A DNA stretch of 60,764 nucleotides, filler included, from Bipalium vagum (taxonomy: Eukaryota), in NCBI GenBank assembly GCA_037834085.1. It is 3 parts of 3 records of this genome, joined end to end, with 100 filler letters (N's around TTAATTAATTAA, not from the genome) between each part and the next. Parts side by side here need not be neighbours in the genome. Positions count along the whole stretch, not along the records: positions 1 to 20,801 come from JBBMKC010246442.1; 2 more parts are not named here. One strand, given 5' to 3'. Below are positions 1 to 12,105 of the stretch, in pieces (positions within the stretch are counted from its first letter, which is position 1; each line of letters opens with the position of its first letter). A program made the translations under genes and the position numbers. The notes beneath the pieces are model-generated. The model was not told where the DNA came from, searched no databases, and was given only the letters and a program-made list of their open reading frames with translations.

Positions 1-315
1 ATTGAAACTCTGCCTCACCCAGCCTATTCACCAGACCTCTCACCTACTGATTACTATTTTTCAAATATCTGGACAAGTTCCTTAGCGCGAGAACCTTCCT
101 CAATGTGGATGACGTCATTCAGGCCTTTAAAGAATTCGTAACATCTAGACCTCCGGATTTTTATCTAATGGGGATAAATAAGCTTGTCACTCGTTGGGAG
201 AAGTGTGTACAGTCTGGCAGATTCTATTTTGATAAATAAAACTTTTTTTAAGCTGTCATGTGTTCCCTTAAAGTTAGATGTTAAAAACCGCTATATATTT
301 CTTTACAACCAAATA
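1..315 (+). mobile_element. Mariner (DD34D) transposon 3' end: transposase C-terminus plus right TIR
   Basis: Translates IETLPHPAYSPDLSPTDYYF, then after a 1-nt frameshift near 60, FKYLDKFL...FYLMGINKLVTRWEKCVQSGRFYFDK*. Followed by a mariner-type TIR (AAAAACCGC...CAACCAAATA). Confidence 0.9.
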
Positions 316-1199
316 TTTTTACTAACTTTGTCAATTTTTTTCTGTCAAGATTGTGTGTGAGAAGATTTTATTCACTAAACCTTAAATGCATTTGTATAAA
401 GAGTAGTCCTCATCTGTTCTTTTATATCTCAAGGTCTACTCAAAGTGTAGTAGAAATTGTCTTTTGTTTTGATTGAATTAATGACAATCAATTGATCGCC
501 ATAACTTTTTTCGGAAGAGACATGGGCTTTGAAAATTGTCAAGGACATTCTTAATACACATTGTATATTGTTTTGTTTTATAGTCCAGGAGTGTTAACTA
601 GAACTTTTTCAACATTGAAAAGATATTTACATGACATACTTTATATTCGGAAACAGTTTGGAGATTATATTAACAGTTTTATTGCACTTACAATTTTAGA
701 GATTTTTGGAATCTGGGAAAATTATCTGGGGCGAAATGGGCGTAATGTGTGAAAAATTAATTCTTATATTTTGTTCACTTTATACGTAAAGCAGTGTGTG
801 TAATATTTATTAAAATAACAATAAAATGTTCAATGTTCTGCTGATGTTTCATTAAGAAAATTGTTAAGAAATATGAGGTTCAGTTTTCGTGAAATGCCAT
901 CATATATCATCTTCCTTTACATTTTTTTATTCTGCAGAAATTTTATTAGAATGATAATTTTACGTTATGACAAGGGCAGTTAGAATACAATAAAGTCAAA
1001 ATGAGTAAGGTCATTTTATAGAGATATTTCGAAAAATGACATCCAAAATTCTTATATCGAACCCCCTAGGGAAGTTATAACATCAAAATACGGTCAAACT
1101 TTGTAATAAAGTCAGAATTTCAATTTTAAGCTGTAAAATTTCATACAAAGTAAGCTGAAAAGGCATCTTACTATAAATTATCTTAACCTTCAAACTAAA

Positions 1200-1650
1200 A
1201 ATATAGATTATTTCCAAAGGTTGTTAATCAAATGTAAGGCAAAGTGGATTATTCAAGAAAACAGAATCTGTATCAAAATCTTAGTAAAAAGGTAATCAAA
1301 GTCTTACTGCAATTTTCAACTTCGTACCTACATGAACTGGGATTTTGTTATCTAAACAACATTAAAAATAAAAAGCGTGAAAAACTTAAAACCGTTAAAG
1401 AAGAGTTAAGGGTATGTCTTTCTCACATTCGCCCATAAATTGCAGCTGTAGTAAAGAAGCACCTGGGACAACTTCACCATTATTCTTTTATACCCGTTAC
1501 TGTATTTAAGACATAAATTTTATGTGAATAAAATTCTCCTTATATGATCTTTTTTGTTTTATATTATTTCATTGGAAGTCTTAATGAGTTGAAAATATTT
1601 ATGTTTTGTGATAGATGTGCCGCGATATACAAGAGGTTGGGAACCACTAG
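1200..1650 (+). mobile_element. hAT (Buster/Charlie-type) relic: C-terminal dimerisation domain plus terminal repeat
   Basis: ORF 1244-1438 reads YQNLSKKVIKVLLQFSTSYLHELGF...KNKKREKL...ELRVCLSHIRP. The end sequence GGTTGGGAACCACT near 1635-1648 matches the Buster TIR (reverse complement of CAGTGGTTCCCAACC). Confidence 0.85.
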
Positions 1651-1814
1651 TTTAAATGAATCGTCTTAAATAATTTTAAATAGATTTCTTTTAAATGTCT
1701 TAATTAAGTAATAATCTCGTGATAAGTCCTATACGGTGATTAATGGATTTATTCCCTGTCACATATTATCTAGCATAACATTTAGCATTTTCAGTACTGT
1801 TTATTGAATTAAAA

Positions 1815-1945
1815 ATGCCGAAAGTTGCAAAGAAGAACGCAAATAAATTGAAGAACATTGTACATAAATTTCAGAATGAATTTTGAATAACCCCAGCAAA
1901 TGCGTTATTCTGCCAAATATGGGAATTTATTATGACTTGTGAAAT
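1815..1945 (+). mobile_element. Degenerate N-terminus of a CGGBP1-like/hAT transposase
   Basis: MPKVAKKNANKLKNIVHKFQNEF*ITPANALFCQI resembles the MPK...LFCxxC start of these transposases. Contains an in-frame stop. Confidence 0.4.
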
Positions 1946-2105
1946 GAAGTTATAGAGTAAAAATAAAATCAGAAATGTACAAAAAAAAATTTCAAGTTTT
2001 TAGGTAAAAATAAGTCGCCTTAGTTATGACATTTTTATTTTACGTTAAATAAGATATTTGACACAATCCACCCATGCGTATTTCTATTATACAGTTTATT
2101 GCTGT

Positions 2106-2560
2106 TACGTAGGTCAGTGGAAAAGTTCCGGGAATGACACACAAACGGCATATTTTTATTATAATAATCAAAATAATTGTCTTTCAAAGTATTCACCGTC
2201 ACAATCTATACACGTTTGCATTCTGTCAAACCAGTCATTGAAACATTTATTCCAATCAGTAGTCAATATGTCCAAAAAAATGTGATTTTTATCGATTGTT
2301 TTATGATAATAGTGACCTGGTTTGGCTGCGAAACATGCAACCATCTGCTTGGAGTTGTTCAGGGATTGAACAACTTTCCTCGGTAAATTGCTGTTTTGAT
2401 TCGGGTTCGTATAAAGATAATCATAATTCATCGCCACTGACGACATCATAAACATGTTTTGAAATTCACTGCTGAAATTTATCAACCATAGGTTTGAACC
2501 AATTAATGCGATCTCGTTTTTGATCAATTGTAATGATATGTGGTATCAAACGAGAACATC
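2106..2560 (-). mobile_element. Mariner relic, internally deleted
   Basis: TIR-like TACGTAGGTCAGTGGAAAAGTTCCGGGAAT at 2106. The minus ORF ends DWNKCFNDWFDRMQTCIDCDGEYFE, a typical mariner C-terminus. Confidence 0.8.
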
Positions 2561-2949
2561 AGTTTCTGACACCCGATTGACTGAATATCTGAATGAATAG
2601 CAGAATAATATCATAAACAACATTTGTTTGTTCAAAAATACTTGTTAAAAAGTGGTTTTTTGAAAAATAGATGATTTTTGTTCAGCAGATTAAGATAAAT
2701 TTATTATTATTATAACTATAATAAGTAGCCATAAAAATGATTTCAGAACAATATTAAACAAGTTATCTATATTTCATAAAAAAGTCGTGACCTTTTTCTC
2801 ATTTCTTAGTATAGCTAATATATGAGAAATTTATATTACCAAGAAAAGTCAGAAATTTACTAATTTAAACAAAAAAGAACAATTATCAAGTAATTTTCGT
2901 TTTTCCTGGAACTGTAAACCATACCCCTTCATTAAATAAGTTTAAGTGT

Positions 2950-3375
2950 TGCTGGGTTTTTCTACAATAATTGATTTCTGTTAGAAGCCCGTTATACCAA
3001 TATCTCACATCACAGAAGCTATTCTCAACAGGGCTATCGTTGGTGAGGATAATAAAAGTCATGAGCAGATTAATATCAGCGTTAAATCTGCTGACAGTAA
3101 AGATTGATAAAAGCTTTGAAATTCAATCGATCTTGTCACTCAACCATCAAGCTGAAATCAGTCTTATTTTATCAGCAACGTTGATCATTTATCAGTGCAA
3201 TGAATTTGATTATAATGAACAAAAGCTGATCGATAACTCTTACATCATCTCATTATATCATGTTCTCCCCTCCAAATCCTAGTCCTTACTGCCTCCGAAG
3301 ACAGTCCGTAATTGATATTCTTATAATTTATATGTCGTCGGTTGACTGATATTTTCTCGTAAACCTTCACTTAAC
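2950..3375 (-). mobile_element. Possible decayed non-LTR (LINE) reverse-transcriptase fragment
   Basis: The minus strand gives frameshifted GFR..STDDI-like and NFKAF-like segments in the order of the RT GFRxxRSTxD and DFxKAFD motifs. Confidence 0.35.
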
Positions 3376-4449
3376 ATTCACGAAATTTCTTTTATCTATT
3401 GTAGTAGCAACGTCTATCATATTACGATGAATTTTGGAAATATTCTTTTCATTTAGATAATATATTAATAATAACAATAATAATAATATTATTATTATCC
3501 ATGAAAAAAAGATATTTTACTTTTTCAGCAAATGTTCCCCAGGTTCGACCAATCGGAGATTTTTGAGACTAAGGTAAAAATCGAAAAAAATTAATAGAAT
3601 AAAATCACAATTGAAGAATATTGATTTGAATGTCATCCAAACAATGATGAAAGATGATCGTGGTAAATTATGCAAAATTGAAGATAAAGGGCCTTTTGTA
3701 AATACATGATGTTGTCTTATTGCATTGTTGCATTCAAAAAATTATTAAATATATGTAAAAAGTAACTTATGAACATCGTTTTATTTTGTGACAAAACTTT
3801 CTGACAACCGTACCAATAAATTGTCTTCAGTCATGAAAGGTGGTGGGGAACCTGACGTGTTTCAAATTTTTAAGATTATTGATGACAGAATTGTTGGGTT
3901 CGCCAAAGGCACGACCCATAGAAACCTAAAGGGATCCAAGAATAAGAATTACAATAATGATTAATTAATTATAACAATTTCATTTTTTTAAAAATGGATG
4001 GATAAATTAATTACAAAGTACATATAATAATAAAATTAATAATAATATTATTATTAATTAATCACTAAGTTTATTGAATCTCATCGTAGAGATTCAATCA
4101 GGCCGAAATTAGGAAAATAATAGGGATTGAAAGTCGTTGACCAATCTCTCTATATAAAATGGAGTTCTATAAGGATGAACCAGACAAATTTTTTTTAAGT
4201 GATTAGAAGACTTGGGAATTTCAACTTTTTTGGAAGTGTCAGAAGAATTATGAATTCATGTTTAGACTGCAACAGAACTATACAATGGGTCCGGTGGAGT
4301 TTGGGATCCATAGGCAACCATTCAGGGCGTAGCAAACAACCGGGAGAACCATTAAATGTATTATTTATTAGAAGAACCAAGACTCTCTTGTATGTTGAGG
4401 AACCTGAAGAAATTCTATAGTTGAAAGGTTTTTAATAGACAAAACAAAA

Positions 4450-4800
4450 ATGTAGCTTCAGACAAAAAAGACTTTGAAAAAGTATTTGCATATCGAATTG
4501 TAAGTAGATTGCGTTGATTCATAAAAGTAATCTGAATGAAATTGACACTTTCGATTTTCTTTCAAAACGGTTATGAAATTTTTTGAGTTTCTCTCAACCA
4601 ATAAAATCATTAATTCTATTGAGTATGGTCGTCAACGACACAAACTGAAGTATGTATTTTTGTAAAAGACATCAAGTAATACGCTATCGAAAAGAAGTGA
4701 TGTTTCATGTTGATAACGCAGCATTGAGCATACGACATAACATTTGTTTTTCATAATTTTCATGTCTTAAGTCATCTTTGCATATTCTCCTGATATGTAT
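4450..4800 (+). mobile_element. Highly decayed mariner relic
   Basis: FHVDNA (about 4704) and AYSPDM (about 4780) are remnants of the HDNA and YSPDL catalytic motifs. Confidence 0.6.
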
Positions 4801-5475
4801 ATACATAAATATAAGCTACTTATAAAAAGTTGTTTATTATTGTTAATATAGATCAATTGTTTCAGGATTTTTGTTGATGGTTTTCATTAGTTTCTTCGGT
4901 ATCCCTAAACCCTGACACCCTGTACGTTTTAGGATCCCTTTTACTTTATTGTAAAAATATCCACAATTATTCCTCAGTATTATTAGCAAACTTATTAAAT
5001 AGCAAGACATTGATGAAATACATTGAAATTAGTCAAATCATTGTTTTAAAGCTAGCATATTAAAGATTTCATAGGTTCACAAAATTATGAAAATGAACAC
5101 CATGGAGATGGATACATAAAGGCATAATATATAGAAATTGTATTAATCTAATAATAATTAAAAAGTGTATTAATCTAAATGTTCTTTAATAAAGAAAAGG
5201 TTTCTGTTTTCATCATAAAAATTTATTGAATTTTCAAAAATAAATCGTCTACGAAAAATTTGATAAAAAATTAAAATTGTTGATTTTTCAAAAAAATATT
5301 TATTAAAAGGAAAAATATTTTCAATAAAATAAATAATAATTAAGTGAGTTTATATAAAAATATAATGATTGACATCAATGACTGTAAGGACTTAATTTTT
5401 AATGTTGTTAAAACAAAATTAAAATGTTCATTGAGCAAATTAACTAATTAGATTTTGTATTTTTAATTGCACGAA

Positions 5476-5515
5476 TCTGATTGGCTGAAATATGGAAAAA
5501 TAAATTCGCAGTTTG
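5476..5515 (+). promoter_or_regulatory. Inverted CCAAT (NF-Y) box and initiator-like element of the beta-catenin-like gene
   Basis: CTGATTGGCTG (ATTGG at 5480-5484) about 75 bp upstream of the ATG, followed by GCAGTT. Confidence 0.55.
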
Positions 5516-5555
5516 TAATATAAATAATCATTAAATTTTATAAATTTCAAAAGAC

Positions 5556-6674
5556 ATGAATGATTTTGAATATTTTATTGATGAAGACAATTATGATACT
5601 GAATCCATCGAGTCGGATTCTGGAATTTCCAGTGGATCTTCAACCATATCTTATTCAACATTATATGAAGAGCCGACAAATGATATGATCACTGACATTA
5701 TGAAAGAAATAAGTGAGCAAAATCCAGTTTTTATTCGGGAAATGATCATATTTTCTATCAATGGAGCATTGTCTAAGGATATTCGGCTTTGTACAAGCGC
5801 TCTGATCTTTTTATGGAAACTATTCAAATTAACGTCAGGTATCAATAGAACTGTCACAGAAATAATTCTCACACATTGTCCCGATTTGTTGTCCAACTTG
5901 AACGTGCTGATCTTCGACAATGACAAGTCGAAAGACATTCATTTCTATTTGAGCGGTATCTACCATTATGCTTCTAAGACGAGAATCGGTTGCAGTCAGA
6001 TTTTAGAAAGTTCAATCAACTCACTTCTACACATGATGAATTCCAACATGATGGCCGTTATCCATTACAGCTTCACTTGTATCCATAACATTCTTTTGTA
6101 CATTCCCAAAAGTCGAGAAATTATATCCCAAAATTATGACTTGTCCTCTCTAATACATCAGTTATCCCCCATAGATGGCTTTCTCAAATCGCGCCTAGAA
6201 CTCATAACAATTGATATTTTGTCTCGTTTGGCAATAGAAAATGAGTCGAACAAAAGTACCTTGTTTTCTAAAAATGTATTACAAAAGTCGATAAAAACCC
6301 TAATGAACAGCGAAGCAACCAAGGTGATCATTATCCACAGTCAGCTGATAAGGGTTCTCAGCACAAATTCTGACTGCAAAGACTACTTATTAGAAAATCA
6401 CGATTTTATCAGATTCCTGATCGGCGCTTGCCAGCAGATCACCGGTAGTCACATCAATCGGATATTATGGTCGATTATTCTCAACATATCCGATAGAATG
6501 TTATGTTCTATCAATGGAATTCAGATGAATATTCCAGCCCTTGTCAAGAAAATGGTCAAATCTGTCAGAAACTTTCACAAAATCCCAATTTCAATGGAAA
6601 TGGTCGGAGTGATACTTTGCTGTTTATCGAATTTTTCGTGTCACCAAGAATGGGTTAAGGATATCCTTTACAAG
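5556..6674 (+). CDS. Divergent beta-catenin/armadillo paralogue, first coding exon (373 codons; reading through the donor stops at 6710)
   Basis: N-terminal DSGISSGSSTISYS aligns with the beta-catenin degron DSGIHSGATTTAPS. ARM repeats align with beta-catenin (LLHMMNSNMMAVIHYSFTCIHNILLY vs [43 protein letters not shown] vs ITTDCLQILAYGNQESK; CLSNFSC vs ILSNLTC). Donor AAG|GTGAGG at 6674/6675. Confidence 0.88.
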
Positions 6675-8569
6675 GTGAGGTTGTTACGGTTAATCATGAT
6701 GACCTTTTGAGGAATTGTTTCGATAATTAATTTCATTTTCTCATTTTTAATGATATAATCAATAATTATTATCATCACAATGTAGAGAAATAATCGATAA
6801 ATCACAAAAAAGATTTGTTTTATCTCGATGAACCATTTAAAATAAAAAGTCGGTAAAATAAAATAATTTTTAAAAATTAAAGGGTAAAAGTAAAATTTTC
6901 TGACATTAATTGAAATTGATGACAGAAAATTGGCATTTAAAATATGAAAAATTATTCAAAAATTAATTAAATTAGATAAAAAATAAATCTTGTCTTGATA
7001 ATTTTTTGATTAAGATTAAAACAATTTTTATAACAGATTTTTTATTATAAAATTGCAGTAAATAAAATTTTATTTGTTTTTTTTTTAATTTTTATTTTTT
7101 TATGTATTTTTCAACCAATTATTTTTAGGTAATAACGAATATTCTTAGGAAATATTTTTGTAAAATGTTTTAAAACAAAAAAACACTGGAAACATTTTTT
7201 TAATAAAATGGATATTAATTAATTAATTTAATATTAATTAAATTAAATTATTATTAATAATAAATTAAAAATATGATTATCTGACTCTTAAAGTTGACGA
7301 AGCACTTGTTTATATGGAACAATAAATAAAGAAGTTAAATAAATAAAGAAGATAATAAATAATAAACTGATTTTTAATTAATTTAAATTCAGTATTAATT
7401 TGAACAAAGTTTAATAAAAGCAATTTTTAATGAAAAAGTATTTGATGTTAAACAATTTTAATAAATCAATGTATAAATCGTATAGTTAGAAAAATGAAAT
7501 TATTTTGCGAAAACCCCGGGGCTTATAGCCCGCAAATTATGGTATTATTTTTTTAAAATGATTTTGACTTATTATATTTACATAATCCATTTACTATTGT
7601 TAATGTTAAATCTTTTTGTTTTAATATTTAATCGTTAATTTTTCGTATAAAGTTTCTATTTGACCTTGGTATTTATTTTTGGATTTTATTAACAAGACAT
7701 CATATAGTAATGATCCCAGGTCTAATCTATTGGATGATCCCTACTTAGTATGGTCCATAGCCCTCTTGATTATGATACCGTCCATATTTTTATCATAAAC
7801 TTAAATTTGGAGGACTAGACTTTATATTATGCTCCCGTTTCCAGGAGAACGTTGCCCTAATTGAATTAGCTGATGGAAATATTAAATTTCACCAAAGAGA
7901 AAGAAAGCAATTTTTATCTTCGACATTGACTGTTTTCATACAGGCTTTAATTTCTTTTTAATCTTTATTTTATTTGTTTCTTTTCTTACCTTTTTCACTT
8001 TATTATCATCATTATAAAATTATCATTATTTATTTTCTATTAAATATTATTTGAATTATATTTATTTAACCGAGCGTTTCTTTCGTTCATAATATTATTA
8101 AAAAATTTATTTTTTATTTCTCATTAATTAATTTTTAATTAAAAATAATATAAAAATATAAAATAAATAATATTACAATAATATTGTGTTTGAATTTTAT
8201 TTAACATTAATCTTCAATAAATTGATTTTAATTAAATTAATCTTTGTTCAATAATTATTGATTTATTCGATTAAAAAAAAGATAAGACACAAGAATTAAA
8301 TAATCTTAAATCATTCTTACGGTTTAATAAAATAAAAATGAAAATCTTAATAGAATCATCAAGGAAAAGAGAATTTGCACTGTACTCCACCAGAAACCTT
8401 GAAATAAATTACATATCAAAATAACAAACATTGTTTTCAGAGATTTCTTATCGACAATAATGAAGAATAAGATGATATAAATCCGTGATGAAAGTATTGA
8501 AAAATAAAAATCAAAGTAAAGTATAATGACAGTGTCAAAGAATCAATAAAAGGTAATAAATACATTTAC

Positions 8570-8800
8570 TAACCAAAATTAAAATCATCTTGGGAATACT
8601 CTCCTACCTCTACGAGGTTTAAGGTCTAAATACGTTTTAATTGGATGTTTTAAGTACACGAGACGAATTTTCTGTGATACCACCATCGGACTGAAAGGAG
8701 TAACCAAAAATGTACATTTAGTTGAGAAAATAGGAAGTCGCTATATCAGTTATTATGTGGAAGAATGGTTAATGTTGTTAAGTTAAGTATAACGAACACC
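8570..8800 (-). mobile_element. Possible Gypsy RT remnant
   Basis: The minus strand has KCTF followed by frameshifted GYSFQSDG, resembling the KCxF...LGH..S.DG segment of Gypsy RT. Confidence 0.3.
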
Positions 8801-9399
8801 TCCAAATAGTGTCAAAGACACGATTAATCAGCGTCACCAAAAATATTTTAAAATGACAGGTTCTCATATATTATATATTATATTTTCCAATGATCCAACA
8901 TTTGAAAAATTTATTCAAACGCATCCTGAGAACAATACTGATTAAAAAAATTTCTGATTTATTAATAGGATCAATAATTTGTAAATTGCTACACCATTTT
9001 GGGTTATCCATTATATATCGATTGTAACAAAATCGAGAAAATAAATTTTTTGTGTCTCAGTTTGTATGAAAATATATTTTATTTAAATCTATTTTTTTTA
9101 GAAATTAAATAAAAATAGGTTTTTTGTTTAAATTAATAACTGAAATTTAGATATGAATCTATATTTAGAAAATGATTTAATTCGATGTTATTATGGGAAA
9201 CGAAATTCTCCTATATCTGCAATTAGGAAAGTCAAATGCCAAAAAATTTAATTAGGAACCGATCTTTACCAAAAAAAATCTGCTTGAAATGGAAATATAT
9301 AATATAATCGAAGAATATTTCTGTTTTACTACCGCAGACTTGCAAACTACAATATTAACCTTCACACGAAGAATTGAGTAAATGTTATCTGGTTAAAGG

Positions 9400-9800
9400 A
9401 AATCATTTTTTCTTCGGTTTTAATACAACCGATATAGGTATATAAGTGTGTGTGTGTAACCGGGTGGTCTCACAGCTATATAAAACCCACCTAATGGTTT
9501 CCTTTGAAAAATTTAAATCCAATTTGAATTTTATACTTTCAAAACTGGCTTCTATATTTCTTGTTTCTCGGATAATTAACCGCTTTGTTTCAACAGAAGG
9601 CTTTTGTTTCGACACACCCTTCTTTTTTCCCTTCCAATATTCTTGAAATAATACCGAATGGAGCTCTCATGCTTTCCAAGTTTATTTCCTATCCATTTAC
9701 ATAACTTTATAGGCCTCAGCCATTTCTTTCTTTTTTCATCCTGTTATTTATTGATATTTTCTAACATCTTATACATTTAATGTTCTAATCTATCCAAAAT
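9400..9800 (-). mobile_element. Tc1-like transposase N-terminal (paired-like HTH) relic
   Basis: Minus strand: ...KRLIIRETRN..ASFESIKFKLDLNFSKETIRWVL, preceded by a G-R/K-rich linker. Confidence 0.6.
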
Positions 9801-10369
9801 TACACATTTAATATGATTCAAGTTATTAATTTTTTAATAAATTCAGTTTAAAATGGGTGCGAGAATAAATTGGTGTCAATAAAATATTTGAATTATTAAA
9901 ACAATTATCATTTTAAATTGAAATTATTAATATACACCAACCAAAATTAGTAAAAGAGCTGCTTATATCTTGGGATTTCATAAGAAACTTTGAAAACAAA
10001 AGATTTATCTTTTTAATTAATCTATAAAAATTTTTAGGAGTACGGGAAAATTTTTATGTATGTATTGATGCCGCAATAAATGTATATCTACAAAAGTGTG
10101 TGAGAATATTTTATTTAACGGGGAAAAATGATGGTGCCCTCTTCATTTTGCAGTTTAAAAATTAATTTCCGATACTTTTGACGTAAAAGGTATGTGATAC
10201 GTTATAGATAAAAGAAAAAATAATGAAAAATTATTTTGCAAATATTGATTTTTATTTTTTATATTTCATTAAATCAGTGTTTGTTATCCCAATATTATTA
10301 TTTAATACACGTAATCATAATTTGAAATTAATTCTGATGTAACACAGACAAAATGGTCATTTACGGAGA

Positions 10370-12105
10370 TCATCTTCGAGGATCGTGATGATTAGAAGAA
10401 GCATCAATAATTTTGAAAAATTAAGGACCTGTAAGTTGAAACTAAGCTAAGCTTCAGAATCAATATATGGGTTTCAAACCATTTCTTATAAAGCTATTCT
10501 TTTGTTGAGAAATTTGAACATCTTTAATCATGGTGCACTGATAAAAAGTTGCAAAAACTAAAGAGATAATTGAAATAGGTAGATTCGAGACCCACGTCTT
10601 CTTAAGGGATAAGAATTTGGCAAAGTTGGTATAATATTATTTTACAACATCTGTCCACTCATCAGGTATCGTCTTGGAAATGGATTTTAAAACAACTTCA
10701 GTTCGTCATAAACGAATAAATGGTTATATAAACTTTGGAATTTTATTTAATTTTCAAATTTTAATAAGAATATATTCAAAGCATAAAAGATCTAACCAAA
10801 CCCCTCTGTAAAATAGAACGCTGTAAAGGATTTAATGGGTCTCTTAAAGCCACTAAAAACAGTCAATAAATGAATATTTCAATTTTAAAATGTCTCTCTA
10901 AATTAATCATTTTTATGTAGGATCATAAAAATTTGATCAATAATCTTATTTTATCTCCTGAATAAGCAGGTAAAATCTTTTCCACTATCACTTCTGAAAA
11001 AAATTCTGGACTCATTTTGCTCTCAGCTGAAATTATGAACATTTCTGATTGAGTAACATAAGAACCTTTAAGGTGAAAATGACATTTCAACTCAAAAATG
11101 TCAATTTTATCTTTATATTATATATTTTGTGTGTTCCGTTAGAGAAATACTTCAGAATTTCAGATAAAGATAATGAAGATTTCACTGAACATCAATTTAT
11201 TTGAGCTTATTATTAATGTTCTCAAGAATTTTATGAGTGTTTTGCTGGTATCGAAAAATTTTCGAAGAACTTTAAATAACAGCGAACAGAGTTATCGATG
11301 ATGTTATATTGTACATCTGTAAATCAATTAATAAAATTAATGTAAAAGATGAAAAAATACGGGTTTCTGAAAGTTGAAGGAAAGATGGCATTGCTTGGAT
11401 ATCCATAAATTCAAAAAATACTTTTTGAGATTCTACAACATCCTCGAAATATACATTCATCTTACAAGTGTCCAATCATTGGAAATATAGATTGTTAAAG
11501 AAATCATATTTTCAATAATATGGTGTACTTCCACACTGTGGTTAAGTAGTTTGTCATTTTTTGAATGAGGTGCTTCCCATAAATTTGATTGGACGAAGAA
11601 ATTAGATTATTTTATTCACTAAGGAGATCAGCTTAATCTCTGTTGGACTTTTTTTTGTAGGCATATGAAAATTATTGTTTGCCCATATCGAATTACCACC
11701 ATCGATCACGTGAAACGGAAATTTGTTAACAAAATAAATCAATTCAATTTAGATAGATTAATCGATAAATAATTTTCTCTTTTCAGAGTCCATAACAAAC
11801 ATTTGGAATATTTTTTGCAATTTCAGAAGTTTTAATTGATGCTTTTTTTATAAACAATTACCCTTTTCTTGTCTATTTTTGCTACCTTGTAGAGGTATAT
11901 GTGCACGGGGTGACTTATCAAGCATTTGAACATATACATTCAAATATTAGTTTACCATTGATTTTTGTCGGAAATGGTACTAAATTTTTATTAAATATAA
12001 ATCTGTTACGAAACATCTTTTATTTACTACATCTTTTACATTATTTCACTTTGGACAAACACTTCAGATTTCTATGGGGATCACTGAAAGTATACGTATG
12101 ATTTA
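10370..12105 (-). pseudogene. Candidate endogenous viral element: decayed Mononegavirales (rhabdovirus-like) L gene fragment, from the PRNTase/capping domain to the start of the methyltransferase
   Basis: Manual minus-strand translation through stops gives SVIPIEI (about 12075), HIPLQGSKN (about 11880), LQKIFQMFV, IDGGNSI (about 11695) and DFFNNLYFQ (about 11480) in one frame, then FQLTGP*FFKII (about 10410-10440) after a frameshift. Order and spacing follow VSV L motifs. Confidence 0.45.

Noticed and set aside
4073-4098. 10-bp inverted repeat ATTGAATCTC/GAGATTCAAT
   Set aside because: Short enough to be expected by chance in 60 kb of AT-rich DNA.
5651-5938. Antisense ORFs overlapping real coding sequence (also 39493-39690, 43698-44150)
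   Set aside because: Shadow frames of coding exons with no independent support.
10640-11185. Apparent paralogy between the minus-strand fossil (NLHYLYLK...WTDV) and the 386-aa ORF (HLNYLFLK...WTDV)
   Set aside because: Only two short words match, in different frames. The intervening sequence does not align, and the fossil fits Mononegavirales L motifs better.
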